A stretch of 64,000 nt of DNA from Clostridia bacterium (GTDB lineage: Bacteria; Bacillota; Clostridia; Oscillospirales; CAG-272): assembly GCA_024405755.1 (NCBI GenBank), contig JAKSOD010000004.1, positions 991 to 64,990 of the forward strand, written 5' to 3'. The notes under the pieces were generated by a model. That model made no database searches, was not told the origin of the DNA, and worked only from the letters and a program-made list of their open reading frames with translations. A program made the translations under genes and the position numbers. Shown here piece by piece: positions 27,860 through 37,843 of the stretch (the first letter of the stretch is position 1; each line of letters starts with the position of its first letter).

Positions 27860-28921
27860 ATGAATTCTGAACTGATAATAAAAATATGGTCCTCAAAAGT
27901 GCCTGCCGAGGATATTTCCGTTACGAGGATCTCGGATCACGACTTTGCACTTACCGGAGTCGGCAAAGTGTCGTGCGGGGATATTCCTGCCGATATTCTT
28001 CTGACCGTTCCGGATATTGTTTCCGTAACGGAACTCCGGCTGTTTCCGTATGTTCCCGAAAATGATGAATACGCCCGCACATACGCTCTGAAATTTGCAA
28101 AAAAGCAGGCGGCGGTGCTCGGCGGTGCTGTAGAGGAAATACTTCCGGACGGCGGAAGAAAGGTTTATCGTGAGGGAGACGCTGTATTTTCTTATCCTGC
28201 ACTTAATGAGTATACACCGAAAATGCATCTTTCCGTGTGGTATGCCCCCGATGAGGGATTTGATGCCGCTGCCGGAAAAGTCGTTGATATTTTTGAAAAA
28301 TACCTTCCTTTTGCTCTTCCGTCTGCCTACGGATCATCGGAGCCGCTTGAAAATCAGTGCGGAAAAGACGGAGAGAATTTTGATAAGGAAAAGTTTATTG
28401 ATTTTTTGAAAGAAGAATCCGCCCCGATTTGGTATGCACGTTCTCCTCTGATCGGAGTATATATCCGCGATGCACACCGCAGTCATGCACAGCGGGAGGG
28501 ATTCCGGGCGAATTGTATTACAGTTGAATTCCCCGAAAAGATATATGACTATCGTGAATGGTCATACGCTTTGCGAAAAGTTCTTCGTGAACTGTGTTCC
28601 GCCTGCGGTGCCTTCTTCGGACAGATCGCAGCGGGAGACGGCGGCGTTGCTTCATGGTGGTGGCAGGGGATACCCGACGATCTCGGAGTCGCCTGTGTAA
28701 TTGGTGAACCGTATTTTTCACTGATCGCCGACTGCGAAGGAGAAAATGCCGACGTTATGTGCGGGGACGGAAAAAACGGGAAAACGGCGTACTTTGAAGA
28801 GCCGAACGGACCTCGGATAAGCTCCGATCTTCTTTCTTTGCGCCGTAAACGGTTTTTTAAAAAGAAAAGTCCGTATTTATCTCCCGACGATTTTACAAAG
28901 GCGGAAAAATTCCCTTTCTGA
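27860..28921 (+). CDS. Hypothetical protein (353 aa), no recognised domain
   Basis: The ATG at 27860 lies 8 nt after GGAG, and codon usage looks like the neighbouring genes. There is no signal peptide or TM segment and no motif I can name. Confidence 0.6.
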   Translation: MNSELIIKIWSSKVPAEDISVTRISDHDFALTGVGKVSCGDIPADILLTVPDIVSVTELRLFPYVPENDEYARTYALKFAKKQAAVLGGAVEEILPDGGRKVYREGDAVFSYPALNEYTPKMHLSVWYAPDEGFDAAAGKVVDIFEKYLPFALPSAYGSSEPLENQCGKDGENFDKEKFIDFLKEESAPIWYARSPLIGVYIRDAHRSHAQREGFRANCITVEFPEKIYDYREWSYALRKVLRELCSACGAFFGQIAAGDGGVASWWWQGIPDDLGVACVIGEPYFSLIADCEGENADVMCGDGKNGKTAYFEEPNGPRISSDLLSLRRKRFFKKKSPYLSPDDFTKAEKFPF

Positions 28922-28942
28922 TGCTGTTGACAAAAACAAGAA

Positions 28943-29932
28943 ATGAGTAATGATTTTATTGAAAAATTGATCAGTGAAAGAGTGTCCGGGGAGCAGCTTC
29001 TTCCGCTGATAGCCATAGCCGGCCCCACCGCATCGGGGAAAAGTGCCCTTGCGCTGAGGCTCGCCTGTGAACTCGGCGGCGAGATCGTCGGCTGTGACTC
29101 CATGCAGATCTACCGCAGAATGGATATAGGAACTGCAAAGCCGACAGCAGCCGAGAGAATGTCAGTTCCGCATCATATGATCGATTTTGCCGATCCCGAT
29201 GTGTTGTATTCATGCGCCGATTATGCATCTGACGCAGAGAAGTGTGTGGAGGACATTCATAAACGCGGAAAGATACCGGTGGTGTGCGGAGGTACGGGAT
29301 TGTACCTTGACAGTCTGCTTTTTGACCGTCCGTGGAGTGAAAGTGGAGGACAGAGCGAGATTCGTGAAAAACTGTCCGCAGAAGCGCAGAAAGAAAACGG
29401 AGCGCATATCCTATGGGAAAGACTTCTTGCGATCGATCCCGAAAGTGCGATGAAAACACATGAGAACAATGTGCGCAGAGTTATCCGCGCCCTTGAAATT
29501 TTCGAACTTACCGGCATTCCGAAGAGCGAACTTGACCGACGCGGAGGTGAGCCGAGATATGATCACCTTGTTTTTTCACTCTGCCGTCCCGACAGAGCAG
29601 AGCAGAATGCCCGTATCGAGTCACGTGTTGATGAAATGATCCGCGACGGGTTGCTTGAAGAGACATCCCGCCTCGATAAAGAAGGGGTATTTGCCGCCAA
29701 CGTCACTGCGTCACAGGCGATCGGATATAAGGAAATGCTTGGCTGCGTCAGAGGGGAATGTACGCTTGCCGAAGCGAGAGAATCCCTGATCATCGCAACA
29801 AGACAGTATGCCAAACGGCAACTGACATGGTTCGGAGCCAAGGACTATGTTCACCGTATCGATATTACTCCGGAATCTCCCGATCCATATCCGGCGATAA
29901 GGAAAGCCGTGAAAGAATACTTCGGATTTTAA
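28943..29932 (+). CDS. miaA: tRNA dimethylallyltransferase
   Basis: IAGPTASGKSALAL (P-loop), ...DSMQIYRRMDIGTAKP...HHMIDF...GGTGLY...AKRQLTW. Confidence 0.95.
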   Translation: MSNDFIEKLISERVSGEQLLPLIAIAGPTASGKSALALRLACELGGEIVGCDSMQIYRRMDIGTAKPTAAERMSVPHHMIDFADPDVLYSCADYASDAEKCVEDIHKRGKIPVVCGGTGLYLDSLLFDRPWSESGGQSEIREKLSAEAQKENGAHILWERLLAIDPESAMKTHENNVRRVIRALEIFELTGIPKSELDRRGGEPRYDHLVFSLCRPDRAEQNARIESRVDEMIRDGLLEETSRLDKEGVFAANVTASQAIGYKEMLGCVRGECTLAEARESLIIATRQYAKRQLTWFGAKDYVHRIDITPESPDPYPAIRKAVKEYFGF

Positions 29933-29989
29933 ACCGGAAACGAATCAAGAAACAAAAAGATGTAAAAATGAAAGGAGGTCCCGACACCT

Positions 29990-31738
29990 ATGGATGACGG
30001 AAAGAAAAATGCTCCCGTACCCGGAACAAATGCACACAACTCCGGAATCGGTCAGAGACAGAGAAAAACGAATCCGGGGACTGCTCCCGAGGCAATCCGC
30101 AAATACGGAGAGGAACTCCGTGCAAAACATGAGCAGGAAATTACTGCGGATGTGCGTCAAAAACCGACGGACAGTGCATCGGCACGGTCGGCAGATCGAT
30201 CTGCCGGACGTCCCGTACGGCAGGCGGAACAACCCGTTCTCCAACCGCAGCGAAGAACCTCTCCCGCTGAGTCAAAAGTAAAAAGCGGCGGGTCGGTGCG
30301 CAGACTGTGGTCCGTAAAAGAAGAAAAAGAATACGGTGAGGGGAAGAAATATTTCGACTGGGAATACTTCTTCAATGCTCTGACACATATCGTAATTGCG
30401 ATAGGAGCGCTTGCGCTCGTTGTTTATTTCAGCTATCATCTTGTCGATACTCTGACGGATACCGTCTCCACTGCTGCCGTTTGTGCTGTCGCCGAAACCG
30501 AATATCGCGTTGCCGATGCCTATCTGATACGTGACGAAGTTCCCCTCAATTCAAAATATGCGGGACTTGCGGATTATCGGATAAAGGATGGCGGAAGAGT
30601 TGCTGCCGGCGAGAAGATCTGCAGTATTTATCCCGATGCAACTCTTGGAATGCGCGCTGAAATTGATCGCATAGACCGAGAAATTGCTCTGCTTGAAAAA
30701 AGCGTCACCGAAGGAACGGTGACTATGGGAATGAAGGATACGGCGGAAAAGACGAATGAGTACTATTCCCGGATAATGAAACGGCTGGCGTCCGGGGATT
30801 ATACCGGAGCCGCGGAAATGGCGGACGGGTTCCGCACTTATCTTGACCGTTTCGCTTATCTTTCCGGAAGCGGAGATCAGATCTCAACTCGTCTCAGCCT
30901 TCTTATCAGTGAACGCTCGGCTGCGGTAGCTTCTATGGGAACTCCGGCGGGAAACGTCACGGCACCGAAGGCAGGATTCTTTTATTCTTCCTGCGACGGT
31001 TATGAGGCCGCGTTCTCCGCACTGTTGAAAAACGAGATCACTCCCGCTGATTTTGCGGCGGCGGCAACATCGTCTCCTGCGGATATTTCCGGAACTGTGG
31101 GCAAACTTGTGTCCGGATCTGCATGGTATATCGCAGTATCTGCTCCCGCCGAGGATTTCCGTGGATTCACTGCCGGAAAAGAATACAATATTACTTTTAC
31201 CGCCGGAAAAGGTACTGAGGTTTCAATGAAACTCGAACAGTATACAGTATCCGACGACGGATCCGTATTTATGGTTTTCTCTTCTTCGCGTATTCCCGAA
31301 AATATGGTGTGGTCGCGCAGACAGGCGGTGAAGATCGAGTATGCGGTTTACGACGGATACCGCGTGCCGGTCGGTGCCGTTCACAGTTACGAGGGAATGA
31401 CGGGAGTTTATACACTTCACGGAGGTTACGTTTATTTCCGCAGGATAAATATTGTCTACGAGGGAGAAGGGTATTTCATCGTATCAAGATACGCTGACGT
31501 TGAACCCGGAAAACCGGATACATATTACGTTCTTGGGTTTGATCCCGACGGAGGGATAGGGACGCTTACACATCTCCGGGAATTCGCGAAGGACAGAGGA
31601 TTGACGGAAAAGACTCACAGTCCGTCTGCGATACCGGTCGTGAGAGGAAAAACATTCCTTCACTATTACTACCTTGATGAACTTGAAAATATGATAATCA
31701 AAGGCAAAGATCTGTATCACGGAAAGGTGTTGAGCTGA
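29990..31738 (+). CDS. HlyD-family-like membrane-fusion / adaptor protein with a basic disordered N-terminus
   Basis: It has about 120 aa of a basic low-complexity N-terminus, one TM segment (IVIAIGALALVVYFSY), a lipoyl-like hybrid motif (DGGRVAAGEKICSIYP) and a coiled-coil (EIDRIDREIALLEKS). Confidence 0.5.
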   Translation: MDDGKKNAPVPGTNAHNSGIGQRQRKTNPGTAPEAIRKYGEELRAKHEQEITADVRQKPTDSASARSADRSAGRPVRQAEQPVLQPQRRTSPAESKVKSGGSVRRLWSVKEEKEYGEGKKYFDWEYFFNALTHIVIAIGALALVVYFSYHLVDTLTDTVSTAAVCAVAETEYRVADAYLIRDEVPLNSKYAGLADYRIKDGGRVAAGEKICSIYPDATLGMRAEIDRIDREIALLEKSVTEGTVTMGMKDTAEKTNEYYSRIMKRLASGDYTGAAEMADGFRTYLDRFAYLSGSGDQISTRLSLLISERSAAVASMGTPAGNVTAPKAGFFYSSCDGYEAAFSALLKNEITPADFAAAATSSPADISGTVGKLVSGSAWYIAVSAPAEDFRGFTAGKEYNITFTAGKGTEVSMKLEQYTVSDDGSVFMVFSSSRIPENMVWSRRQAVKIEYAVYDGYRVPVGAVHSYEGMTGVYTLHGGYVYFRRINIVYEGEGYFIVSRYADVEPGKPDTYYVLGFDPDGGIGTLTHLREFAKDRGLTEKTHSPSAIPVVRGKTFLHYYYLDELENMIIKGKDLYHGKVLS

Positions 31739-31739
31739 T

Positions 31740-32504
31740 ATGATTGAAAATATAAGATCCGGCAGTGCGGATGAAAAACTGCTTGCGGCATATGACAACG
31801 TCATCAACGGAATACGTGCGGCTGTGCGTGATGCAGGACGGGAAGAGAACGAAGTCTCTCTCGTTGCGGCGGTAAAATATGCGGATGCCCGAGAGATAAA
31901 TCTTCTTCACAAAGAACGCGGACTTTCGGATATCGGGGAAAATCGCGTGCAGACTCTTATCGAACATTGGGAGTCATTGGAAGACAGGGAGAATTTCCGC
32001 GTGCATTTCATAGGGTCGCTGCAAACAAACAAAGTTAAATACATTATCGATAAAGTCTGTCTGATCCACTCACTCGATTCTCTGTCGCTTGCCTCTGAGA
32101 TCGAACGTCAGGCGGCAAAACGCGGAATCACGGCGGAAGTTTTGGTTGAGATAAACAGCGGAAGAGAAACGTCAAAGGGCGGGGTGATGCCGGAAGACGC
32201 GGAAGACTTCTGTCTACGACTTGCGGAGTATCCGCATATAAAACTGCGCGGATTTATGACTATGGCGCCCAAATGCGAAAAATTTGACGAATATTTAAAT
32301 TATTTTCAAGAAACTTATCAACTTGTTCTTGACATTTGGACTGAAAAACTTCATAATATATGTAAGCCTGTCTTGTCTATGGGAATGAGTGACAGTTATG
32401 CCGCAGCCATTGCCGCAGGAGCCACTTATGTGAGAGTAGGATCGTCGATTTTCGGTAAACCTGCTCCCGCCGTGAAAAACGGGACGGAAGGAATAATACA
32501 ATAA
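31740..32504 (+). CDS. yggS: YggS/YlmE-family pyridoxal-phosphate homeostasis protein
   Basis: LVAAVKY....I..L......DIGENRVQ.......HFIGSLQTNKVKY......IHSLDS...MGMS.D...AI..GAT.VRVGS.IFG. Confidence 0.9.
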   Translation: MIENIRSGSADEKLLAAYDNVINGIRAAVRDAGREENEVSLVAAVKYADAREINLLHKERGLSDIGENRVQTLIEHWESLEDRENFRVHFIGSLQTNKVKYIIDKVCLIHSLDSLSLASEIERQAAKRGITAEVLVEINSGRETSKGGVMPEDAEDFCLRLAEYPHIKLRGFMTMAPKCEKFDEYLNYFQETYQLVLDIWTEKLHNICKPVLSMGMSDSYAAAIAAGATYVRVGSSIFGKPAPAVKNGTEGIIQ

Positions 32505-32552
32505 AATATCAGAAAAAATAAAGATCAGGAAATGATCGGACGGAGGAATACT

Positions 32553-33056
32553 ATGGAATTTTTTAAATCAAAGAAGAAGAATATCGGCGGAGAAGAGTAC
32601 GACGATGCCGGTTACTACGACGCATACGATAACGGTGACGCCGCAGAAATGGGTTTTGCCGGAGCGGAAGAAAACTCAGAACCCGAAAGAACCGCACCCA
32701 AGAAAACTATTTCTTTCGCCTCACAGCCTTCCGATACTGCCAGAGTTACAATGATGCTTATGAAACCCTCTTCATATGAAGAAGGAAGGAATATAGCCGA
32801 ACAGTTGATGCACAACCGTGCGGTTATCATGAATCTCGAAAACGCCAACAAGGAGACCGCTTCCAACCTTATTTACTTCCTTACAGGTGTTCTTTATGCG
32901 ATCTCCGGTCATATGAAACCCGTTTCCGGTGACACCTATATGCTTACTCCCAATCACATGGAAATCGCCGACGAGAGTTCCGAGTATGAGGAAGGCGACG
33001 GAGAGCAAGCCGATCCTTATGCAGGATTCGGCGGATACGGCGGATACGGCGTTTGA
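32553..33056 (+). CDS. sepF: Cell division protein SepF
   Basis: The conserved C-terminal domain reads MLMKPSSYEEGRNIAEQLMHNRAVIMNLENANKETASNLIYFLTGVLYAISGHMKPVSGDTYMLTP. The ATG at 32553 lies 7 nt after GGAGG. Confidence 0.9.
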   Translation: MEFFKSKKKNIGGEEYDDAGYYDAYDNGDAAEMGFAGAEENSEPERTAPKKTISFASQPSDTARVTMMLMKPSSYEEGRNIAEQLMHNRAVIMNLENANKETASNLIYFLTGVLYAISGHMKPVSGDTYMLTPNHMEIADESSEYEEGDGEQADPYAGFGGYGGYGV

Positions 33057-33152
33057 TGCCGGATGTTTCACGGTATGAATATCGGGCAGCGAACCGCAAA
33101 ATCGGACGCTGCCCCATGCGTGTTTTTTAACTGAGCGAAAGGCTTTGAGATT

Positions 33153-33434
33153 TTGAAGTTATTAATTTATCTTGTAGTCACACTGTCGGACACCGTATTA
33201 TCGGCTGTGTTGTTTGCAATGCTTATCCGTGCGGTGCTGTCATTTTTGATGATTGGTGACGACAATAAGTTTTCCGTATTTCTTTACGCGATAACGGAGC
33301 CGTTCATTCTCCCCGTCAGAACGCTGTTTGAAAAAATGGGTTGGTTTCAGGGGACTCCGATCGACGTATCATTTTTCATTACCTGCATACTGTTGGAAAT
33401 GCTGCGACTGACTTTGTCCTGCATACCGCATTGA
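33153..33434 (+). CDS. yggT: YggT/YlmG family membrane protein
   Basis: The ORF is 93 aa with two TM segments. It contains AMLIRAVLSF... and ...ITEPFILPVR..., and sits in the conserved position after sepF. The start is TTG. Confidence 0.8.
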   Translation: MKLLIYLVVTLSDTVLSAVLFAMLIRAVLSFLMIGDDNKFSVFLYAITEPFILPVRTLFEKMGWFQGTPIDVSFFITCILLEMLRLTLSCIPH

Positions 33435-33551
33435 ATCCCGGGACAGCGGCCGCACAGGCGGCCGCACGTCCGATCAGAAAATACTGCCTGTCCGGTGCTC
33501 TCAGACAGAGAAGCCGTGTCGTAAGCGCAGATTCAAGATAAGGAGTTTAAG

Positions 33552-34985
33552 ATGTCTGTTCCACAGAGTTTCAGAAAAAAATATGCCCTTGACGGGGAAG
33601 TTTATCAGAAAAATGATGTTGACGCGGCACTGACTGCGCTTTATGCCATGTCCACAAAACTATACACCGAGAATACTGATCTGCACCGCGAACTTGACGA
33701 AATGAAACAGAACGCGGAGGAGAACAAGGAGATATCCGAAGTTTCAAAGACAGTGAATGAACTCTGTGACATGGTGGAGGAACTGATCGGAAGCGTGAAA
33801 GATCTTCGGAGTGAATACTCCGTTCTTCCTAAGCGGATCGACGAGCTTGAAATGAAGATCGACGATCTGACAGACACTGTTGTTGCACGATCTGACATTG
33901 ACGACATCGGTGAATATGCCGGTATGGACGACGTGCTTGCGGAAATGCGTCTTATCGAGACGGATTCTGAGGATGAAGCCGAGGCGGAGATTTTCGATGA
34001 GCCGACTGATGACGGTGAAATTGAAGTTGAAGTCTACGAGATAACGGAAGAATCCGGAATTGAAGAAGAAATCCCAGCCGAGGAAGAAACCGCAGCTGAG
34101 GAAGAAATCGCAGCCGAGGAAGAAATCCCAGCCGAGGAAGAAATCGCAGCCGAGGAAGAAATTGCGGCCGAAGAAGAAATTGCAGCCGAGGAAGAAATCG
34201 CAGCCGAGGAAGAAATCCCAGCCGAGGAAGAAATCGCAGCCGAGGAAGAAATTGCGGCTGAGGAAGAAACCGCAGCTGAGGAAGAAACCGAAATTGAGGA
34301 AGAGTCTGAGATTGCGGAAGAAACCGAAGTTGCCGAACGTATCGAAGAATCTGCAATTGAAACAGAACTGAAAAAAGATGACAACACGGATTTTATTATC
34401 GCGGAACTTCAACGGGCATTCGGATCGGGATTTGCCGACGAGATAATTGATGCCGAAGATAATAAAACGGAAACAGAGCCCGAACCGGAAAACGATCCCC
34501 AACCGGAAGACGAAGAAACTGCAGAAGCCGGAACAGAGCCTGAAACGGAAACTTCTACGGAGGAAGTTCAGGGGCAATTGGATAACGCCGTCGGAAAAGA
34601 AGAATACATAGAGGATACTCCGGCGTCCTTCAGCGAAGATGACGAAGCACAACGGTTGAAAAAAGATCTTCTCCGCAGCTTTGAGATTTTAAGTGATTCC
34701 GGCAATGAAGAAAAAAAAGATCCGGAAGATGAGCCCGCCGCTAAAATTTCCGACGATAATGTGAGCCGTATGCTCGCAGCACTTTATTCCAAACCCATAG
34801 CACCTGCGGTCAAAAATGAAGCCGTCGGTACTGAGCCCGCCGATCCGGATACTGCCGGGAGCGGTACGGAAGAATCCGCACCTGCCGTAAGTGAATCCGC
34901 TGAGACATCCAAAACAGAAAAGACATCAGTCAGCGATATGAGAAGTTCTCTTGACGCTATCCGTCGCAGACTCGGTAAGAAATAA
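33552..34985 (+). CDS. divIVA: DivIVA-domain protein with a long acidic repetitive region
   Basis: It occupies the conserved position between yggT and ileS. The N-terminus FRKKYALDGEVYQKNDVDAAL..., followed by a coiled-coil, resembles the DivIVA lipid-binding domain. The rest is strongly acidic low complexity. Confidence 0.65.
   Translation: MSVPQSFRKKYALDGEVYQKNDVDAALTALYAMSTKLYTENTDLHRELDEMKQNAEENKEISEVSKTVNELCDMVEELIGSVKDLRSEYSVLPKRIDELEMKIDDLTDTVVARSDIDDIGEYAGMDDVLAEMRLIETDSEDEAEAEIFDEPTDDGEIEVEVYEITEESGIEEEIPAEEETAAEEEIAAEEEIPAEEEIAAEEEIAAEEEIAAEEEIAAEEEIPAEEEIAAEEEIAAEEETAAEEETEIEEESEIAEETEVAERIEESAIETELKKDDNTDFIIAELQRAFGSGFADEIIDAEDNKTETEPEPENDPQPEDEETAEAGTEPETETSTEEVQGQLDNAVGKEEYIEDTPASFSEDDEAQRLKKDLLRSFEILSDSGNEEKKDPEDEPAAKISDDNVSRMLAALYSKPIAPAVKNEAVGTEPADPDTAGSGTEESAPAVSESAETSKTEKTSVSDMRSSLDAIRRRLGKK
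34064..34300 (+). repeat. In-frame 18-bp tandem repeat (about 12-13 units) encoding (A/P)AEEE(I/T)
   Basis: gccgaggaagaaatcgca and its variants (atccca, attgcg, accgca) can be read directly. It also shows a higher-order duplication. Confidence 0.9.
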
Positions 34986-35000
34986 ATCAGGAGTTTAATT

Positions 35001-37832
35001 ATGTCAAAAGATTACACAAGCACACTTAACCTGCCGAACACAAGTTTTGCCATGCGGGCAAATCTTCCCCAGAGAGAGCCTGAAATGCTTAAATACTGGG
35101 AAGATATCGATCTTTATCATAAGATGCTCGACGCGGCAGAAGGAAAGCCTCAGTTTATACTTCACGACGGCCCTCCTTTCTCCAACGGCGACATTCATAT
35201 GGGACACGCCCTCAACAAGATTTTAAAGGATATCATAAATAAATCCAAGGCTATGACCGGTTATCGCGTACCTTATGTACCCGGATGGGACAACCACGGT
35301 ATGCCTATCGAGAGTGCCATTATCAAAAAGAACAAACTTAATCGGAAGAATATGTCAATTTCAGAGTTCCGCGATGCCTGTCACAAGTTTGCTCAGGACT
35401 TTATTGACAGGCAGAGAACGGAATTCAAACGTCTTGGAATTACCGCTGATTGGGATCACCCTTATGCCACCATGCATCCTGCTTTTGAGGCACGCGAGGT
35501 CCGTGTTTTCGGGGAGATGTTCAAGAAGGGGTATATATACAAAGGACTCAAACCCGTTTATTGGTGCCCTCACGACGAGACCGCTCTTGCTGAGGCTGAA
35601 ATCGAATATTCCGATATCAAGTGCACCTCTATCTACGTGAAATTTGCCGTAAATGCCGACAACGAAAAGGTTAAGGAAAAACTTACCCCCGTCTGCGACC
35701 TCGGCAGAACTTATTTCATCATCTGGACCACCACCACGTGGACTCTTCCCGGAAACCTTGCGATCGCTCTTCATCCGGACGACGAATACTCCGTGCTGAA
35801 AGCATCTGACGGAAATTATTATATTGTTGCTTCCGCTCTTGCCGCAAAGACCATGGCAGCCGGAGGGGTTGAAAGCTTCGAGACAGTCATGACTGCCCCC
35901 GGACGCGAATTCGAGTATATGGCGGCGCGTCATCCTTTCCTTGACCGTGACAGCCTTATCGTCAATGCCGACTACGTCACTATGGACAGCGGTACCGGAT
36001 GCGTTCATACCGCCCCCGGTTTCGGTGCAGACGACTATCTTACCGGCAGAAGATACAATATGAACATCATAGTTCCGGTTGATGACCGCGGTTATCAGAC
36101 TGCTGACGCTGGGAAATATGCCGGTTTGTATTATGAAAAATCCAATGATATCATTCTTGCGGATATGAAGGAAAGCGGAGCTCTGTTTGCTTCCGAGAGT
36201 ATCGTTCACTCTTATCCTCATTGCTGGAGATGCAAGAATCCCATCATTTTCCGTGCCACTCCCCAGTGGTTCTGTTCGGTAGATGCCTTCAAGGAAGATG
36301 CCGTAAAGGCATGTGAGAATGTGACATGGCAGCCTGCATGGGGCGGAGAGCGCATTGTTCAGATGGTTCGTGAACGCGCAGACTGGTGCATTTCACGTCA
36401 GCGTCATTGGGGACTTCCCATTCCGGTTTTCTACTGCTCGGACTGCGGAAAACCCATTTGTAACGATTATACCATTGACCGTGTGTCGAAGGTCTTCGGC
36501 GAAAAGGGATCAAACGCATGGTTTGATATGGAGCCTTCCGGGATCCTCGGCGAGGATTATGTCTGCCCCTTCTGCGGAGGCAAGCATTTTACCCGTGAGA
36601 CCAATACACTCGACGGTTGGTTTGACTCCGGATCCACGCATTTTGCCGTTATTGAAAACGGCGGATACGATCCCGCATGGCTCAAAGACATTTCATGGCC
36701 TGCCGATCTTTATCTCGAAGGTGCAGACCAATACCGCGGCTGGTTCCAGTCTTCTCTGCTGACTGCCGTTGGAGCCAAGGGAGAGGGAGCACCGTTCAAG
36801 ACTGTTCTGACTCACGGTTGGACCGTTGACGGCGAGGGAAAGGCTATGCACAAATCCCTCGGCAACTCCATTGCTCCCGACGACATCATCAAGAAATACG
36901 GTGCGGATCTCGTTCGCCTTTGGGTGGCATCGAGTGATTACAGCGTTGACGTCCGATGCTCCGACAATATTTTCAAGCAGCTTTCCGAGACATACCGCAA
37001 GATCCGCAATACTGCCCGTATCATTATGGCTAACCTCGGAGATTTCGATCCCGATAAAGATGCCGTACCTGTGGAAAAAATGACTGAGATCGACCGTTGG
37101 GCTTTGTCACGCCTCAATGCTCTCATAAAGACAGTCCGCGGAGCGTACGATTCCTATCAGTTCCATATCGTTTATCACGCGATCAATAACTTCTGCACCG
37201 TTGATATGTCAAAACTTTATATTGATATCACCAAGGACAGAGTATATGTTGAAAAGGCGGATTCTCCCGCCCGCCGTTCTGCGCAGTCTGCCCTGTATCT
37301 CATCATCAATGCAATGACAAGACTCGTGTCTCCGCTGCTTGCATTCACCGGTGAGGAGATCTGGCAGGCAATGCCGCACGCTGCCGCCGATAACAAAATC
37401 AGCGTATTTCTCAACCCGATGCCCGATCCCGAGGCTGAATATGAGTTTGACGGTGTAGCGAAGTGGGAAGATCTGTTTGAACTCCGTGATGATGTTATGA
37501 AGGCACTCGAACTTGCCCGCGCCGAAAAACTTATCGGTAAGTCTCTTGATGCCAAAGTAACCGTATATACCGAAGATGCGGATACTCTTGCTCTGTTCGG
37601 CAAATTCACCGAAAGCGAACTTGCCGCTGTGTTTATTACAAGCGGAGCACATATAGTGAACGGCAAGGCTCCCGAGGGGGCGTACGTTCCCGAAGACGGG
37701 CGTCCTATCGGAGTCACGGTCGAGGGTGCCGACGGTCACCGCTGCGACCGCTGCTGGTGCTATTCCACCGATGGAGTGGAGAGCGAGGACGGTTTTATCT
37801 GCTCACGCTGCCACAATATCGTCGGTGACTGA
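35001..37832 (+). CDS. ileS: Isoleucine-tRNA ligase
   Basis: PPFSNGDIHMGHALNK (HIGH), KMHKSLGN (KMSKS) and a C-terminal zinc-finger cysteine cluster. Length is 943 aa. Confidence 0.97.
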   Translation: MSKDYTSTLNLPNTSFAMRANLPQREPEMLKYWEDIDLYHKMLDAAEGKPQFILHDGPPFSNGDIHMGHALNKILKDIINKSKAMTGYRVPYVPGWDNHGMPIESAIIKKNKLNRKNMSISEFRDACHKFAQDFIDRQRTEFKRLGITADWDHPYATMHPAFEAREVRVFGEMFKKGYIYKGLKPVYWCPHDETALAEAEIEYSDIKCTSIYVKFAVNADNEKVKEKLTPVCDLGRTYFIIWTTTTWTLPGNLAIALHPDDEYSVLKASDGNYYIVASALAAKTMAAGGVESFETVMTAPGREFEYMAARHPFLDRDSLIVNADYVTMDSGTGCVHTAPGFGADDYLTGRRYNMNIIVPVDDRGYQTADAGKYAGLYYEKSNDIILADMKESGALFASESIVHSYPHCWRCKNPIIFRATPQWFCSVDAFKEDAVKACENVTWQPAWGGERIVQMVRERADWCISRQRHWGLPIPVFYCSDCGKPICNDYTIDRVSKVFGEKGSNAWFDMEPSGILGEDYVCPFCGGKHFTRETNTLDGWFDSGSTHFAVIENGGYDPAWLKDISWPADLYLEGADQYRGWFQSSLLTAVGAKGEGAPFKTVLTHGWTVDGEGKAMHKSLGNSIAPDDIIKKYGADLVRLWVASSDYSVDVRCSDNIFKQLSETYRKIRNTARIIMANLGDFDPDKDAVPVEKMTEIDRWALSRLNALIKTVRGAYDSYQFHIVYHAINNFCTVDMSKLYIDITKDRVYVEKADSPARRSAQSALYLIINAMTRLVSPLLAFTGEEIWQAMPHAAADNKISVFLNPMPDPEAEYEFDGVAKWEDLFELRDDVMKALELARAEKLIGKSLDAKVTVYTEDADTLALFGKFTESELAAVFITSGAHIVNGKAPEGAYVPEDGRPIGVTVEGADGHRCDRCWCYSTDGVESEDGFICSRCHNIVGD

Positions 37833-37843
37833 GATAATTTGTC

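Noticed and set aside
34064-34300. Regularly spaced short repeats that could be taken for a CRISPR array
   Set aside because: The units are 18 bp, directly abutting with no spacers, in frame inside a CDS, and not palindromic. No cas genes are present.
33744-34652. Several long ORFs on both strands across the acidic repeat (302 aa, 134 aa, 117 aa, 103 aa)
   Set aside because: They are artefacts of the 18-bp GAA/GCC-rich tandem repeat, which is open in many frames. Only the DivIVA-position frame has an RBS, a sensible N-terminal domain and operon context.
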